The position numbers and the translations under genes are program-made. DNA of 64,000 nucleotides from the NCBI RefSeq assembly GCF_964194025.1, contig NC_134477.1:45446001-45510000 (forward strand), written 5' to 3'. The notes beneath the pieces were generated by a model that was not told the origin of the DNA, ran no database searches, and saw only the letters and a program-made list of their open reading frames with translations. The stretch is from Convolutriloba macropyga. Lineage: Eukaryota. This document shows positions 25,995 through 37,968 of the stretch, piece after piece (the stretch's first letter is position 1; each line of letters opens with the position of its first letter).

Positions 25995-28900
25995 AGGTTT
26001 ACGCGCCATTTACTAACTCAAAACTGCTTTGAAAAGCAAATATTAAATGAAAAAACTTTTCTGTTTTTTGCGATAATTAAATTCATAGGGTATTAATTTT
26101 ATTTCAAGAGGCAACTTAGTCCATTCGAAAAGAACAGCAAAACTGAATGATTTTCCCCCAAATGCAGTTTTGACACTAGGAGCCTTCAAATTGTACGCAT
26201 ATTGGCATCTAGTCACCTTATCATTTCAGAAAAGTAATACGCCAAGATACATCGGAATTTTCTACGGATGGTGAACTAAACGGTGACCAAAAAGTAGAAT
26301 TTTGTAGAGGATACGTTGTTTCATGGTTAGCCAATGAAGCTCTTTGATATAGCTTTTGTTGAACCAGGTGATAGCCTAAAAAATGAGATTACATGCTGAG
26401 TTCGTTTTACGCTGTAGTTTCTGTATAATATAGACAGGTAGTCCATAGTAGATTGAGTTGCAGTAATCAAGTCGCGAAAAAACCATTAATCGAACTCTCG
26501 CAATCAACGCTTTTCTGTCGACTGTATCTCTTATAGAGTAAATTGTTCGCAGAAAATAATAACATCTACGTCACACAGAACTAACATGTTTCGAATATGA
26601 ATGTCTGGAATCTAAGTTGAAGCCCAACAAAGTAATATTGTTAGAAAAATTGGCCTTTGTTGGAAGTTCAATATCGCTATCTAAACTATTTTTTCTACTT
26701 ATAAACATGTATTTAGTTTTATTCGAATTTAATTAGAGCTTAGCACCAATGAACCACTTTTGCAGAGTCGTAAGTATCAAATCAAAAGCCCCCTGATTTA
26801 TCAAAGCTTGGTAAACAAAATATATAACAGTATCATTGGCATAAAAACGATAATTGACATCAAGACGTTCAAACAGAACTTCCAGAGCAACAATATTGCA
26901 TGAAAAAAGAACGGGAGCTAGAACAGATCCTTGAGGAACAGCCGTTTTTATAGTTCTTGGCCCCGAATATTCACCATCAATCAACTCTTTTTGAGATCTA
27001 CTACTCAGATAACTATTTGAAAAATTAAGCAGTTTTTTTTTGAAACCCAAACTTGTTTCAAGAACTGAAAAAAGGAATTCATGATCGAGAGTATCAAAGG
27101 CAGCGGATAGATCAAGTCAAATATAAAAAGTGCTTTTTGTCCTACTTAAATTGAGGAGCAAATAATTTGTCACCTTAACCAGCGCTGTTTCTGTGGAAAA
27201 AAACTTCCTGTAGGTATTTGCTAAAGAGACTATTATATTCGAGCTGTTCACGTATTTGCATGAAAGCCGCCCGTTCTAATAGTTTTTAAATGTAACTTAG
27301 GTTTGAGATAGGTTGTTAGTTTGAAAAATCTTAATTGTCAGAATTTTATGTCTTCAAGTGGGGCTTAACAATGGCCATTTTAAAGGACCGGGGGATACAT
27401 CACGCCTTCAGCGGAAGATTAAAAGTTTCAGGAGTTCGAGAAAATAATAATCTGGAAATGACGTTACAAGATGTGTCCGAATGATGTTCAGTGGAGATGT
27501 ACTGTTTGACGACGCAGAAGTCGATTCTCTATCAACAACTCTGTGAAAGAATTCAATGAGTTAACTTCAGTTTTCAGAATTTCAGGACCTATCGCAGTGG
27601 GAATTGATGCAATAATTTTTTCCAATTTAGATAAAAAAAACTCGTTGAAGTTGTTTGCAAGCTGATTTTTGGTTTTAAATTTTGGGAGCTGTTCTACATC
27701 TTGACCAAGAAGCAGTCTTATAATGGCAAACTTATTACGACTACAATTTTTTATCAACGCATTCTCAATGTATAATCTATGCTTCTCTATGAATTTTTCA
27801 AAATACATATGGTTAACATTTTCATATTCAGATTTCAGTACAGATGTTTTCGACTTTCTGTATTTACGCTCTACTTTTCTGTTTTTTCGTTTCGATCTCA
27901 AAAGCTCGTCGTCAAAGAATGGGAATTGATGTTTAGTAAATGTTTTTTATTGTGAGTGTTAAACCTTAGATACATATCCCATAATTCATCAATACTTGAG
28001 GCAACATCAATTTTTAAGCACGACTTTATTAAATTAATAAAAAACCGTCAGAGTCTAATTTCTTCCAATTTCTGTACATCAAATGCTGTTAACATTTGCG
28101 TTGTTTTATACCGCTGAGCAAAAAGCAAATAATCGAATGGTCCGAAGAAGTAATTAAGCTATTCGATTTAACATTAATTGAAATATTGTTTGACGCAATA
28201 ACATAGTAAAGATTTTTACCACTTCTATGCGTTTTCTCGGAGACGTACTGAGTCAGGCCGAAGTCTTCAAAAAATGAGTTCCAATTTTTTGAAGCATCAT
28301 TATTTACATACAATGAAATGTTAAAATCAACCAGGAGAACAATCTTTTCGAATTGTAGCCTGTTCTCTTCAAAAACAAAATAACAAAGTGATTTAACAAA
28401 AGATTTAACATTTAACCCATGTGGTCGATAAAATGCGGTTACAAAATAATTGGTAGCCCAAACAGCTAAATAAGCATAACAGCATTCAAAAAATTCAGAG
28501 GTAAAGTTTTCGCGATTCTGGAAATGGAGATCATATCTATAAAAGAAGAAAATTTGGCCTCCTCTTTTATTCACCCTTGGTGCACTATAGAAAAAAAACG
28601 CCGGGGGACAACACTGCTTTAAAATAAAACCGTCATCTGAGGTGTTCGTAATCCACGATTCTATAAATACTCCCAAATTAATTTTGTTTACTTTCAAGAG
28701 GGTATTTCCATCTTTCGTTTTCTTCCTGACAGAGTGTGCATTATGTAGACAAATGTTTATTTCTGTAGATCCTTGTTTCGTTGATCTTTGTTTTAATAGA
28801 TGACTGGCTAGTAGTCACTTTTGATCCTCTTCTTTAACGGGCGGCTTCATTCAGGTAAAATGTTGACACCGTAAAGTTTTCAGGCCAGAAATCAGGTAAC

Positions 28901-29959
28901 CCAACTTTCTTTTCATCAAACTTAAATACTTAATGGAAGGCTTTCAGTTGAGCTTCCGACTTCGGAATTTGAAGTAATTCGAAGTTCTTTTCTACATAGA
29001 ACTCCTCCATTTCCGGTTTGTTCTGACTCGGTCGACTTTTATGTAAATGAGAACGCTTCGGTGGCTTTTTGACAACCTTGATGACTGATGGATTGGTGTT
29101 CGTTCCCGTTTTTACCACCTTGGGTGATCTTACTTTTCTCTGTACAGTTTCAAATTAAAAAGTCTTCGCCTTTCTCTTTTTGTTTACTGTCGCACTGTGA
29201 TAACTGGACGAGCTGTCGTTTCGAATCCTGCCGGGTCCACATTTTGCAGCTTTTGGAAAAGGAAATTCCGGTTTTTCTTTATCAACGCTATCTCATTGTG
29301 TAGCATTGTGATCACCTCGCGGATCAAAAAATTAACACAAGCGAGTTTTTCCTCAACGGCCGTAATTCTGTCCAGCGCAGATAGTTCTGCAGTAAAGCTA
29401 GGAGTACAATTAGCACAGGACCAGTAGATCAATCCTTTGATATTTGCGGTACTTGAAATTCCCGAACAACCAAAGTGAACATTTATCTTCTCAAATTTGA
29501 CACAAAATGCACACACTTGTACATTGCGAGGGTCGTTACAAATATTGCAGAGAGATTCTGGCGGTGGCGGCAGTGATGTGGGCACCATTGTAACTTGGGA
29601 TAAAAGGGGAACTAAGGGAAGTGGCCGCTAGGGGCCTAAACTAATTAGTCAAGCAAATGTGGAGAACTGTCACACCAAATGTTTGACTAAGGAAAATATA
29701 TAGGATGACCAAAAATGTAGGGAAACAATCAAGCGGATGCGGAGAACTCTATCGCCAAATGATTGATACCAAATATGAAATCGTAGATAATTCTCGTATA
29801 ATATCGTCCGCCGGAATCTGAAATCCCCGGTAACTGGGGCTACCCAAAAAAGTCCGGCCTCTGATACCACAGTAAATAACAACAATCAATGGCTGAAACA
29901 ATTAAATAGCCTCCCGGGTGCACTTGGAGACTTTAATAAGTTTATCACAACAATTAGGC
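25938..29959 (-). mobile_element. Near full-length CR1/L2-group LINE (ORF1 with PHD finger; ORF2 APE + RT; (TAA)n tail), disrupted
   Basis: ORF1 29184-29588 contains CNICND...CAFC...HFGC...WSCANC. APE 28089-28740 has ESWIT, FYRP, DFNI, THRSG and SDH. RT has DLSAAFDTLDH (~27080-27115) and AVPQGSVLAPVLF...FYANDT. The tail is at 25938-25994 and the flanks rejoin into the host repeat unit. Confidence 0.92.
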
Positions 29960-30515
29960 TACAAAGTTCTAGTACAACATTGACATCACTAAAGCAGTAC
30001 GGTTGAAATGGACATTCGATAATGCTTTCGATATTTAATTTTTTGTCACTCCTTTTTTGGAATTGAGTCTTTATTTCTGCCATTGAAACCACTATAGAGG
30101 TAGCCCACTGTTCCGTCCGTTAGATGGATCCTAGCCTTTTTTATTACTATTCTGTGATCTTGACTTCGCTCTGTGGTGTCGCTGGACCTTCAATTTGGAG
30201 GGTGCTGAAACAATTAGCTTTGAAGCACTCTACAAACAATACTGCTATGCGGCTATTATGACATCTGAGAACAAAACAATCTCGCTCGTAAGTGCTTCAA
30301 ACTGCGCATCCGAGGTGCTATGACGCTATGGTCAAAAAGTTTGACGCGTCTAAGAGTAGCTATTGAAGAATGTGAGATCTCAGTTTAACATGTATACTTG
30401 AGCCGTTTTGTAAGTATTTCATGTTTGTTGTCGCTTCTCTGCTTTTTATTGTATCATTTGTCTTTTTGTTTAATTTGGAAAATACAAAACCCTTTATATA
30501 GAGAAAGAGCTGGGA
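29960..30515 (-). repeat. Remainder of the third LINE/Penelope chimeric unit
   Basis: aaagttctagtacaacattgacatcactaaagcag continues the unit as at 21389 and 23697, and is collinear with 21390-21935. Confidence 0.85.
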
Positions 30516-31599
30516 AGAACTTGAACCTTGTACAACCAGGGCCCTATAATGGGAAAGAACAACGATCAAAGGCAGATCACATTTTTGACAACGCTAAACA
30601 AACTTTCATGCCCCAGTTGATGCCTGGGTCTATTGTGGATGCCATTGAATGCCTGAAATGAGAATTCCGACCATTCAAATTCAGTATTTAGGACGCATTC
30701 ATTTAGGACTCCATCTGCACGTTTATTTGACTATGATTCGAGCTAATATTTTCAGCTGATTTGTATGAACTGCATTTGAACTTCTGTCACTGAACAATTA
30801 AAGTAGTATTTTAAAATGTTATCCTACTGGGCACTAATCGTTGACCCTTTGAAGTTCAAAGAAGACTGACTGCCTCTCTGACAAACAAATGTTTGTTTGT
30901 TATAATCAACAATCAAATTTTCTTATTTGCACTTATTGTCATCCTATTTGGTATGTAAATAAAGTATTTCATAAAGATGGTTCATAAAGTTTTTTTTCTT
31001 TCAGATTTGTACTCTACTTCAAATTGCACAAAATTTATTATGATGTAACCAAGATTCAATTCTTCATACTCCTTCAACCAGTGAAAAATTAAACGATGAC
31101 AAGATTTGATTCGTCCTTGCAATACGTCCGGCTGGTAACAGGTGAGCCCGTTTTCAACTGCAGTTTTTTTGTTATTATTTAGGTCATAACTACAATATTT
31201 TTCAATATGCATTAAATTTGAGCTCTTTTATGAGACTGTGTATGCGGGATCATATGGATAAATTTTTACGTGATCTAAATAGCGACGAAAACTGTCTAGG
31301 AAAACCGAGTTTTATTATAGCAATGGTTTTTTGCAATATAATTGCGCAGAAATATTATTTTTACACTTCGATTACTTACCCAGCTTTTGACACTTAGAAA
31401 GTCACATCATTCGATTACTTTTTCTGATGATATGCGAGCAGTATTGCAAATCGGTATTTCAATATTGAGTTGTACTCTTGCGTAACTCTATATTCTGCCG
31501 CCTTGGCGCGCGCTCATTGCTAATTGCATTCGAATCAGCTATTGGAAACATTGTAGTAGAAAGGAGGCTGCGGCGTTACTAGGTTGTGTTTAAATGTTT

Positions 31600-34250
31600 G
31601 AGCTCAACAGATTGTATTTTCAAATGTATGCACCAGTTGCCAACATGTTCCGTGCAGTGGGCATGTCAGTTCTGAAGACTGGAACAATGAGTTAGTATGT
31701 GCAAATTGTACGTACAGAAACGAACCCACCGTTCATGTGAACAGAGCAATCCTTGCCGAACGCGAAAGCTCCGACGTACAACGAAACACAGGACGTTCCA
31801 CCCAGTGCTTTTGCGATACGCTGTTACCTGCAGCCGAAAACAAAGTCTTCAGAATTTGTTCTCTTGGCTCCCATGATTTTTCCGCATCTCATCTTAGCTA
31901 GACCAAGTAAGAAAATTGACAGCTCGAATAAGAAACGTCGAATCGACCTTTCATCGAACTGCAAGTTTTCGGAGATCTATGAGAAATAAAGGTTATAAAT
32001 TCACGATCCGTCGATTTCGGAAAGTAAAAGATTGACTCAGAGCTTTGTCAATTCAACAATCTGATAGCGAAAGGTAAAATTTCGATTGTCGTTAGCTTCT
32101 GTCAGGTAAATCGAAAGGGGGAATATTATGTGAACACAAATTGATTGATGAAATGAACAATCAAGCCATCAAACGAGCAGCTTTTCGAACGCACGGAGGT
32201 CACTGACCTTCCGGTTTTGATGTCGATTATTGTAGACAATTTTTGGGAAAGCATCCATCGACTCGAAAACGCCGCCAGGCTCGCATGCAAATTTGCTACG
32301 GAAGATATTGCAAAAACATGTTATTGAAAGCTCGTCGACGCACTCCGTTATTCTACTGCCCCTGAACAGAAGTACACAGCTTTGCGCGAGGAGTCAAACA
32401 TGCCAATCATGAATTCAGATGACACAATTAAGTTTCAGGCAACAAAAAAACAGAAGTTGTACTTTGCAATAATCAATGCAAAAAATTCATTCAGCAACCT
32501 AAATAGAAAGTTAGCTCTTGAGAGCATCCGCATATCTTACCCCTTCATTTTCAACTCAATTCATAAATCTTTTTGCACTACCCAGCATCTTGTACATTTA
32601 TAGAAAAAAAGTCGAGCGAATGGAAGTACTCAGGGTGATTTGTAGGCAATGGAAGTGCATGGAATTAGCACCTTGCTATAAATATTGTCGTTTTCAAAAG
32701 TTATGCAAATTTGGTATACTGTAATGTCCCAGGCTCCCTCTCATCGCTATCTGCGCTGTTTGATAATCTTAATGATCATGATCTTTTCTTTGTATACCTC
32801 GTAAACGCTTCATTCTACCAACTCATTACAAAATCACCTCTGAAAGAAAGAGCGAAAGAACTTTCATGACACTATGGTTGAACGGAGAAGGCTTACGTGT
32901 TTTATGCTCCGTTCTTAATGTTATGCTACCTCATCCCTGTCTGCAATGCTTAATAATCTTAATCGACTTGGTCTCTCGTTTGGATACCTCGTAAACGCTC
33001 AGCAATGGCAGCTCATTACAAAACCACATCTGAAAGTAAGAGGTAACGAACTATTTGACGACACTAAGGTTGATCGCAAAAAGCAGGCCTCTTTAGGCGA
33101 CGTTCTTGCTGTTATGCCCCCTCATCTGTTTGCATTGTTTGATAATCGTAATAAACATGGCGCTTTGTTTGTAGTATACCCCGTGAACACGCTCCAAAAT
33201 GCCAGCTCCTTACAAAACCACTTCTGAAAGAAAGAATGAAATTTTTCAGGTTCTTGAGGTTTAACGCAGAAGGCACACGTTCTTTAGGCTTGTTTTTGGC
33301 TCAGAGGAAGCTGGCTGTTTATTTTGAGCAATGCGGAGCGCAGTATCTGCGAATAATACTAAAGCTGACAAGTCTTGCAAAACCATCCGCACGGAATGCA
33401 GATTTGTTTTTAACCAAGTGTTCAAATTATGTTGTTGTTTTTTTGTCGAACCACACCATAAACCTATCTGTTCTTGGCAAAGTAGAGTCTAACATGTCTG
33501 AAAAACTATTGCCATCCATTTCTGGAAATCATCTGATCCCCAAAGAGAAAGAGAGCGAGAGAGAGAGAGAGAACTAATTTTTTACCCGTGCACTTGGGAG
33601 GTTTGAATATTCAACTGCTTATCGGTTTTTGCTTGGCATCCATGGTCAATTCAGTTGTCAGATTGCCTGAGTGAAATCAGCCATGTAGCGAGAAATAGAG
33701 GAAGACAAATCAGAAGAAAGTTTCTGAAAGATAATTGTTTTTCGAAAAACTATCAATCTGAGAAACAAGTTCCACACTAGCTTCTGAAAACAGTTAATCC
33801 AAAAGGCTAAATGCTCCTTTGTTTTTGAAATTTTATTCAGTTAAATGGTATTACCAAGCAAGGTCTTAGAGAAGGCTTATACTAGAAACGGATGGAAATT
33901 TTAAAAATGTACCATGTAAATGATGCACATTTGCGTCATAAACCCACGAAATCATATTGGTGACGCTCTTGGCAGTATCCTTGACAAATTTGTCACGATG
34001 CTAAAATCGAGCCTCATCGGCAGTCGCTCGAAGTTGAGAGGAGACCTTCGCGAGCAACAGCCACTGTTAATGATGATCCTAGACATGACATCAAAACCAC
34101 AGGTCTAGGGGAGAAATTCTTCGACAGAACAATCTATTAAGATTTTCAGCCCCCTGGAAACGAATTGTCCGGAAAAGGTTGAGAGATCATACAGGTATCA
34201 CAAGTCTACTAAAAAGAAAAATACGAACAACGAGTGATCGACGTACAGTT
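31600..34250 (+). mobile_element. Heavily decayed RLE-type (CRE-like, second family) non-LTR retrotransposon
   Basis: MIFPHLILAR, AAFRTHGGH*PSGFD (~32178-32222), NAKNSFSNLNRKLAL, GSTQGD (~32622-32639), FGYLVNAQQWQLITKP, and an RLE-like end (KIFSP...YRYH...YEQRVIDV). Confidence 0.7.
32735..33310 (+). repeat. Three diverged ~185-bp tandem copies within the CRE-like RT
   Basis: cctcatc...gataatc(t/g)taat...tacc(t/c)cgt(a/g)aacrc...ctc(a/c)ttacaaaa recurs at ~32737, ~32929 and ~33120. Confidence 0.8.
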
Positions 34251-34770
34251 GATTACCGGCGCTTTTGCTGATCTTTTTGAGAGCTTTTGTAGCTCTAGGT
34301 GCCGCGCTGCCAATTCCGGCAAACACTAGCGCGTTGAAATTGCTATACTCTACGTCGATCACTCATGGTTCCTGTTTTTCTTTTTTAGTAGAGTTGTGAT
34401 ACCTGTATGATCTCTCAACCTTCTAGGGACAAGTCTTTGCCAAGGGGCTGAAAATCTTAATAGATTGTTCTGTCGAGGTATTTCTTCCCTAGACCTGTGG
34501 TTTTCATGTCATGTCTAGGGTCATCATTAACAGTGGCGGTTACTCGAGAAGGTCTCATCTCAACTTCGAGCGACTCCCGATGAGGCTCGATGCCAACATC
34601 GTGACAAATTTGTCTTGGATACTGTTAAGAGCGTCAACAACCCTGGACAATTTTCTTACTGAGCAATTTGCAATTACTTCTACCAAAAATTTCGAACAGT
34701 ACGGCACTGAGTGATGTAATACCAAAGAGGCTATGTAAAATCGTTTTGACGAATTCTCCGGACTACTTCA
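34250..34770 (-). mobile_element. Opposite-strand copy of the same CRE-like RLE domain, tail-to-tail with the previous element
   Basis: 34350-34638 is an imperfect reverse complement of 33960-34247. The minus frame continues DVEYSNFNALVFAGIGSAAPRATKALKK through the spacer. Confidence 0.8.
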
Positions 34771-34779
34771 TTGCGTTAA

Positions 34780-36215
34780 TTAATTTAACTACCCAGACAA
34801 GATACTTCCGAATCAATTCAAACAAGGAGTCGTGGGGCCGCTGATAAAGAATTCTATCCTTGATTCCGAGTTTTTGTCGAGTTATCGCCCATTGACAAAT
34901 CTAAGATTCCTGTCAAAAGTTATTAAAAGAGTTGTTTTTGAGCAAATTAAATTCTATGTGGAATCCAATTATCTCTTGAGCAAGTTTCAGAGTGCTTTTC
35001 GTTGCTTGCATTCAATGGAAACGGCTTTGCTTAAAGTCTTTAATGATCTTCTTTGTTATTTGGACGAGTCGCGCTCCGTGATTTATATTGGGTTAGACTT
35101 GTCCGCAGTGTTTGATATAATTGATCTTCAGTTTTATTTGAGATATTAGCGAAAAGGATTGGTTTGCAATCGGTAGTGTTACTGTTTATTAAGAATTATC
35201 TTTCGCATCGTTCGCAACAAGTTATCATAAATCGATGTCTCTTTGTGGTGATGTTGAAATTAAGACGGGTGTGCCACAAGGGTCGGTTCTTGGTCGTTTA
35301 CTGTTTTCCTCTTACATGCTGCTTTTAGAAGATAAGCTGAAAGAACTTGGAATAAATTATTGTTTCTTCGCAAATGATACCGTTCTTTATTTTGTATTCG
35401 GTTCGAACCTCAGTCATTGCATGTTTGATGATGTTGTGACCTCGATTCAACGTTGGTTCAGCTATGCAAAATTGAAATTGAATGCGGTAGGAGTGGATAT
35501 ATGATTATTCGGAAATGTAAATTTGTTAAACATGGTCTTTTACGTCTGCCAGAAAATGGTGACTACACTGAACAGGTAAAAGTTCTAGGTTGTTAAATTG
35601 ATTGTCAACTTACTCTGCAACGACAGGTCAACTTCGTTTGTTCGAATTCATTTTATTATCTCCGTAAAGTGTGGTGGTCAATTCGTGATCAAGTTAAAAA
35701 ATCTGTCCTAATTGATTTAACTAGAGTTTTAGTGTTATCACGTGTTGACTACTGTAATTCGTTTTATTATGGTCTGCCAAACTTTTTGTCAGCAAAACTT
35801 TGTCAAATAATGTACTCTGCCGCGCGTTTGATTTTTCGATTGTCACCTTCAACACCAACAACCTCTCCGTGCCTGAAGCAGCTACACTGGTTGCCAATTG
35901 GGCAACGCATTGTGTTCAAAACCCTCTTGTATGCGCATTGTTTTGTACATCAGCCTGGGAAACTCCCACTATATTTATCGAAGCTAAACGAAACACGATG
36001 GTTACAAGGTCCCAATATTTTTACAATTTACTTGTTCCCAAGTTTCACTCCTGGAAGACATTCGTTCTCACATGCTGTCGCTGTTGAGTGGAATAAACTC
36101 TCATTTAAATTAAAATTTATACCATCTGAAATTTTGTTCAGGCAAAAACTCAAATCTTTTTAATTTTCCTGAATTGTTGAGATTTTAACGGTGCTTAAAC
36201 CAATAATAATAATAA
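34780..36215 (+). mobile_element. 5'-truncated CR1/L2-group LINE (RT and C-terminus) with (AAT)n tail
   Basis: YRPLTNLRFLSKVIKRVV, FQSAFRCLHSMETAL, LDLSAVFD, GVPQGSVLG, LSRVDYCNS and LKQLHWLP; aataataataata at ~36202-36214. Confidence 0.9.
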
Positions 36216-37279
36216 CTGTACGCTCAAATCATATCGATAATTCGGACAAAGCTGCTAAATTCGATCTGTTTCGAAGATGCGGCCTTTGCCTCAGGTTGTT
36301 GGTCGTTCTGAAAGAACGAAGCAACCGAAATTTATTCTCTACCATTGTTCATGAATGATGTCTGAACGAAGTGTAATGTTTTTTAGCGTATAGTATCATA
36401 GACACTAAGTTATTCATAGACACTAAACTTAATCATAGCAACTCTTTCGTTTTCATAGGACAAATACTTGAGCAAAAGGTTTGTGTTACGAATATATTTT
36501 TTATTCAATGAAAGGTGTATCGTTTAGGTTGGCATCGTTTACCAGATCATTGTGAAAAGGCAGCTGATTTTCTAGTCTTGTTGCTCTATACGATGCCAAC
36601 CTAAACAGTGACATTTTGGGTCGATGACATTCGAAAGGCCGGCTCTGCTGTAATCGATACTCGACGTTAGAGAAATCATTTAGAGGGCCCATTTAGGGTA
36701 AGAATTTTTTGCAAATTTGAGCAGACTTGATAAAAATTCATACGGTTATCAGTACTCCAATTGAATATTGAAGTCTGCTCGGTGGACTCTAGGTTTGCAA
36801 TTGAGTTATTGATGGATAAATTTGGAATCATCTGCAAATGTGAATGTTAAGTTGAGGCGCAGCGTTGCGGAAAGTCGTTGAAAACATTTAACAGCGCTGG
36901 TTATAAATCTCCCCGTTGAATGACCACGAGTATGAAAATTCAATTTTTGGTATCTTTGGTTAAACCTGGTTTAAGCTTTGCTCAGCTTCTAAAATGCATA
37001 TTTATTGATTGCTCTCTCACGAGATGGTTCACCATTTAATGACTTTGTGTTCGCCGGTGCTGTTGTCTTAAGCACCACTTTTCTAAAATCTGTAGCTGCA
37101 AGTACTTCAGCTTTTTGGTCGGTCAGGTTGCTTTTGTATATATAGTAGCAGGTTTTCTAATACTAGTTTAGAGAATCTGCGTTTGAGCAAGTGATTTCAG
37201 AGAGGCATAAGAGATGCAAAGGCAATTTTGAAGAGAATCGGAAACTTCAGTGGTCACGTTTCTGTCAGGTTTCACTATG

Positions 37280-37968
37280 AGCGACAGGACAAAATACCCA
37301 CTGCCGAAATACCCAATTCGCTAAAATATACCCAAGGAGAAATAATTTAATGTAAAACAGCGTAATACCTAAGTTTTAAAAGTAAGTATAGTTTATTTGA
37401 CCATGCCCCAGCGGCGCGTGAGAATGGTATGAAACTCACAACTGAACGTGAGATCATTATCGGCTTAAGTATAATAAAATGGTTCTACTTCTTTTCACCG
37501 CGATTCATTTAACCCCGCTTATATTAACACCACATCATTTAACCCCTTTGTCATTTACTCTATCATTTCCCCCATCTATCATTTCATCCTCCAATTAGCA
37601 GTCGACATTAAAGGCATGTTTTGTCATAATTAAGTGGATAAATTAATCCCACGTTCGGTTGTGATAGATTCATATGAAGTTCCACGGGCCGCTGAGGCAT
37701 GGCCATGGCACGCGAGGCATGGCCAAATGATTATGTTGCTAATTTAATAATGATTTTTTTATTACAAATATTAAAATCGGGGCGAAATGATCGAGGGGTT
37801 AAATGATACAGGGGTGAATAAATCGGGGTTAAATGATAGGGGTGAAAAAGCGGAACACCAATAAATTATCATTGCAATGCCAACTGCTAATTTGTAACCG
37901 TATTATTGAATGAACAGATTAAGGGGAATAAATTTGGTATTTTGGATAGGGTATTTTGTTCTGTAACC
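37280..37968. mobile_element. Mutator-like MITE with 9-bp target-site duplication
   Basis: TIRs acaggacaaaataccc (left) and gggtattttgttctgt (right). Flanks ttcactatg (37271-37279) and ttcaatatg (37969-37977) match at 8 of 9 bases. Confidence 0.75.
37481..37859. mobile_element. Fold-back MITE with sub-repeated TIRs, nested in the previous MITE
   Basis: Left arm has repeats of tcatttaacccc and right arm has repeats of ggggttaaatga. Termini ggttctacttcttttcacc / ggtgaaaaagcggaacacc. Flanks aataaaat / aataaatt. Confidence 0.75.

Noticed and set aside
25854-26096. Poly-tyrosine ORF
   Set aside because: Artefact of the LINE (TAT)n tail.
36216-37250. Possible further RLE-retrotransposon relics on the minus strand
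   Set aside because: Resemblance too faint to support by eye.
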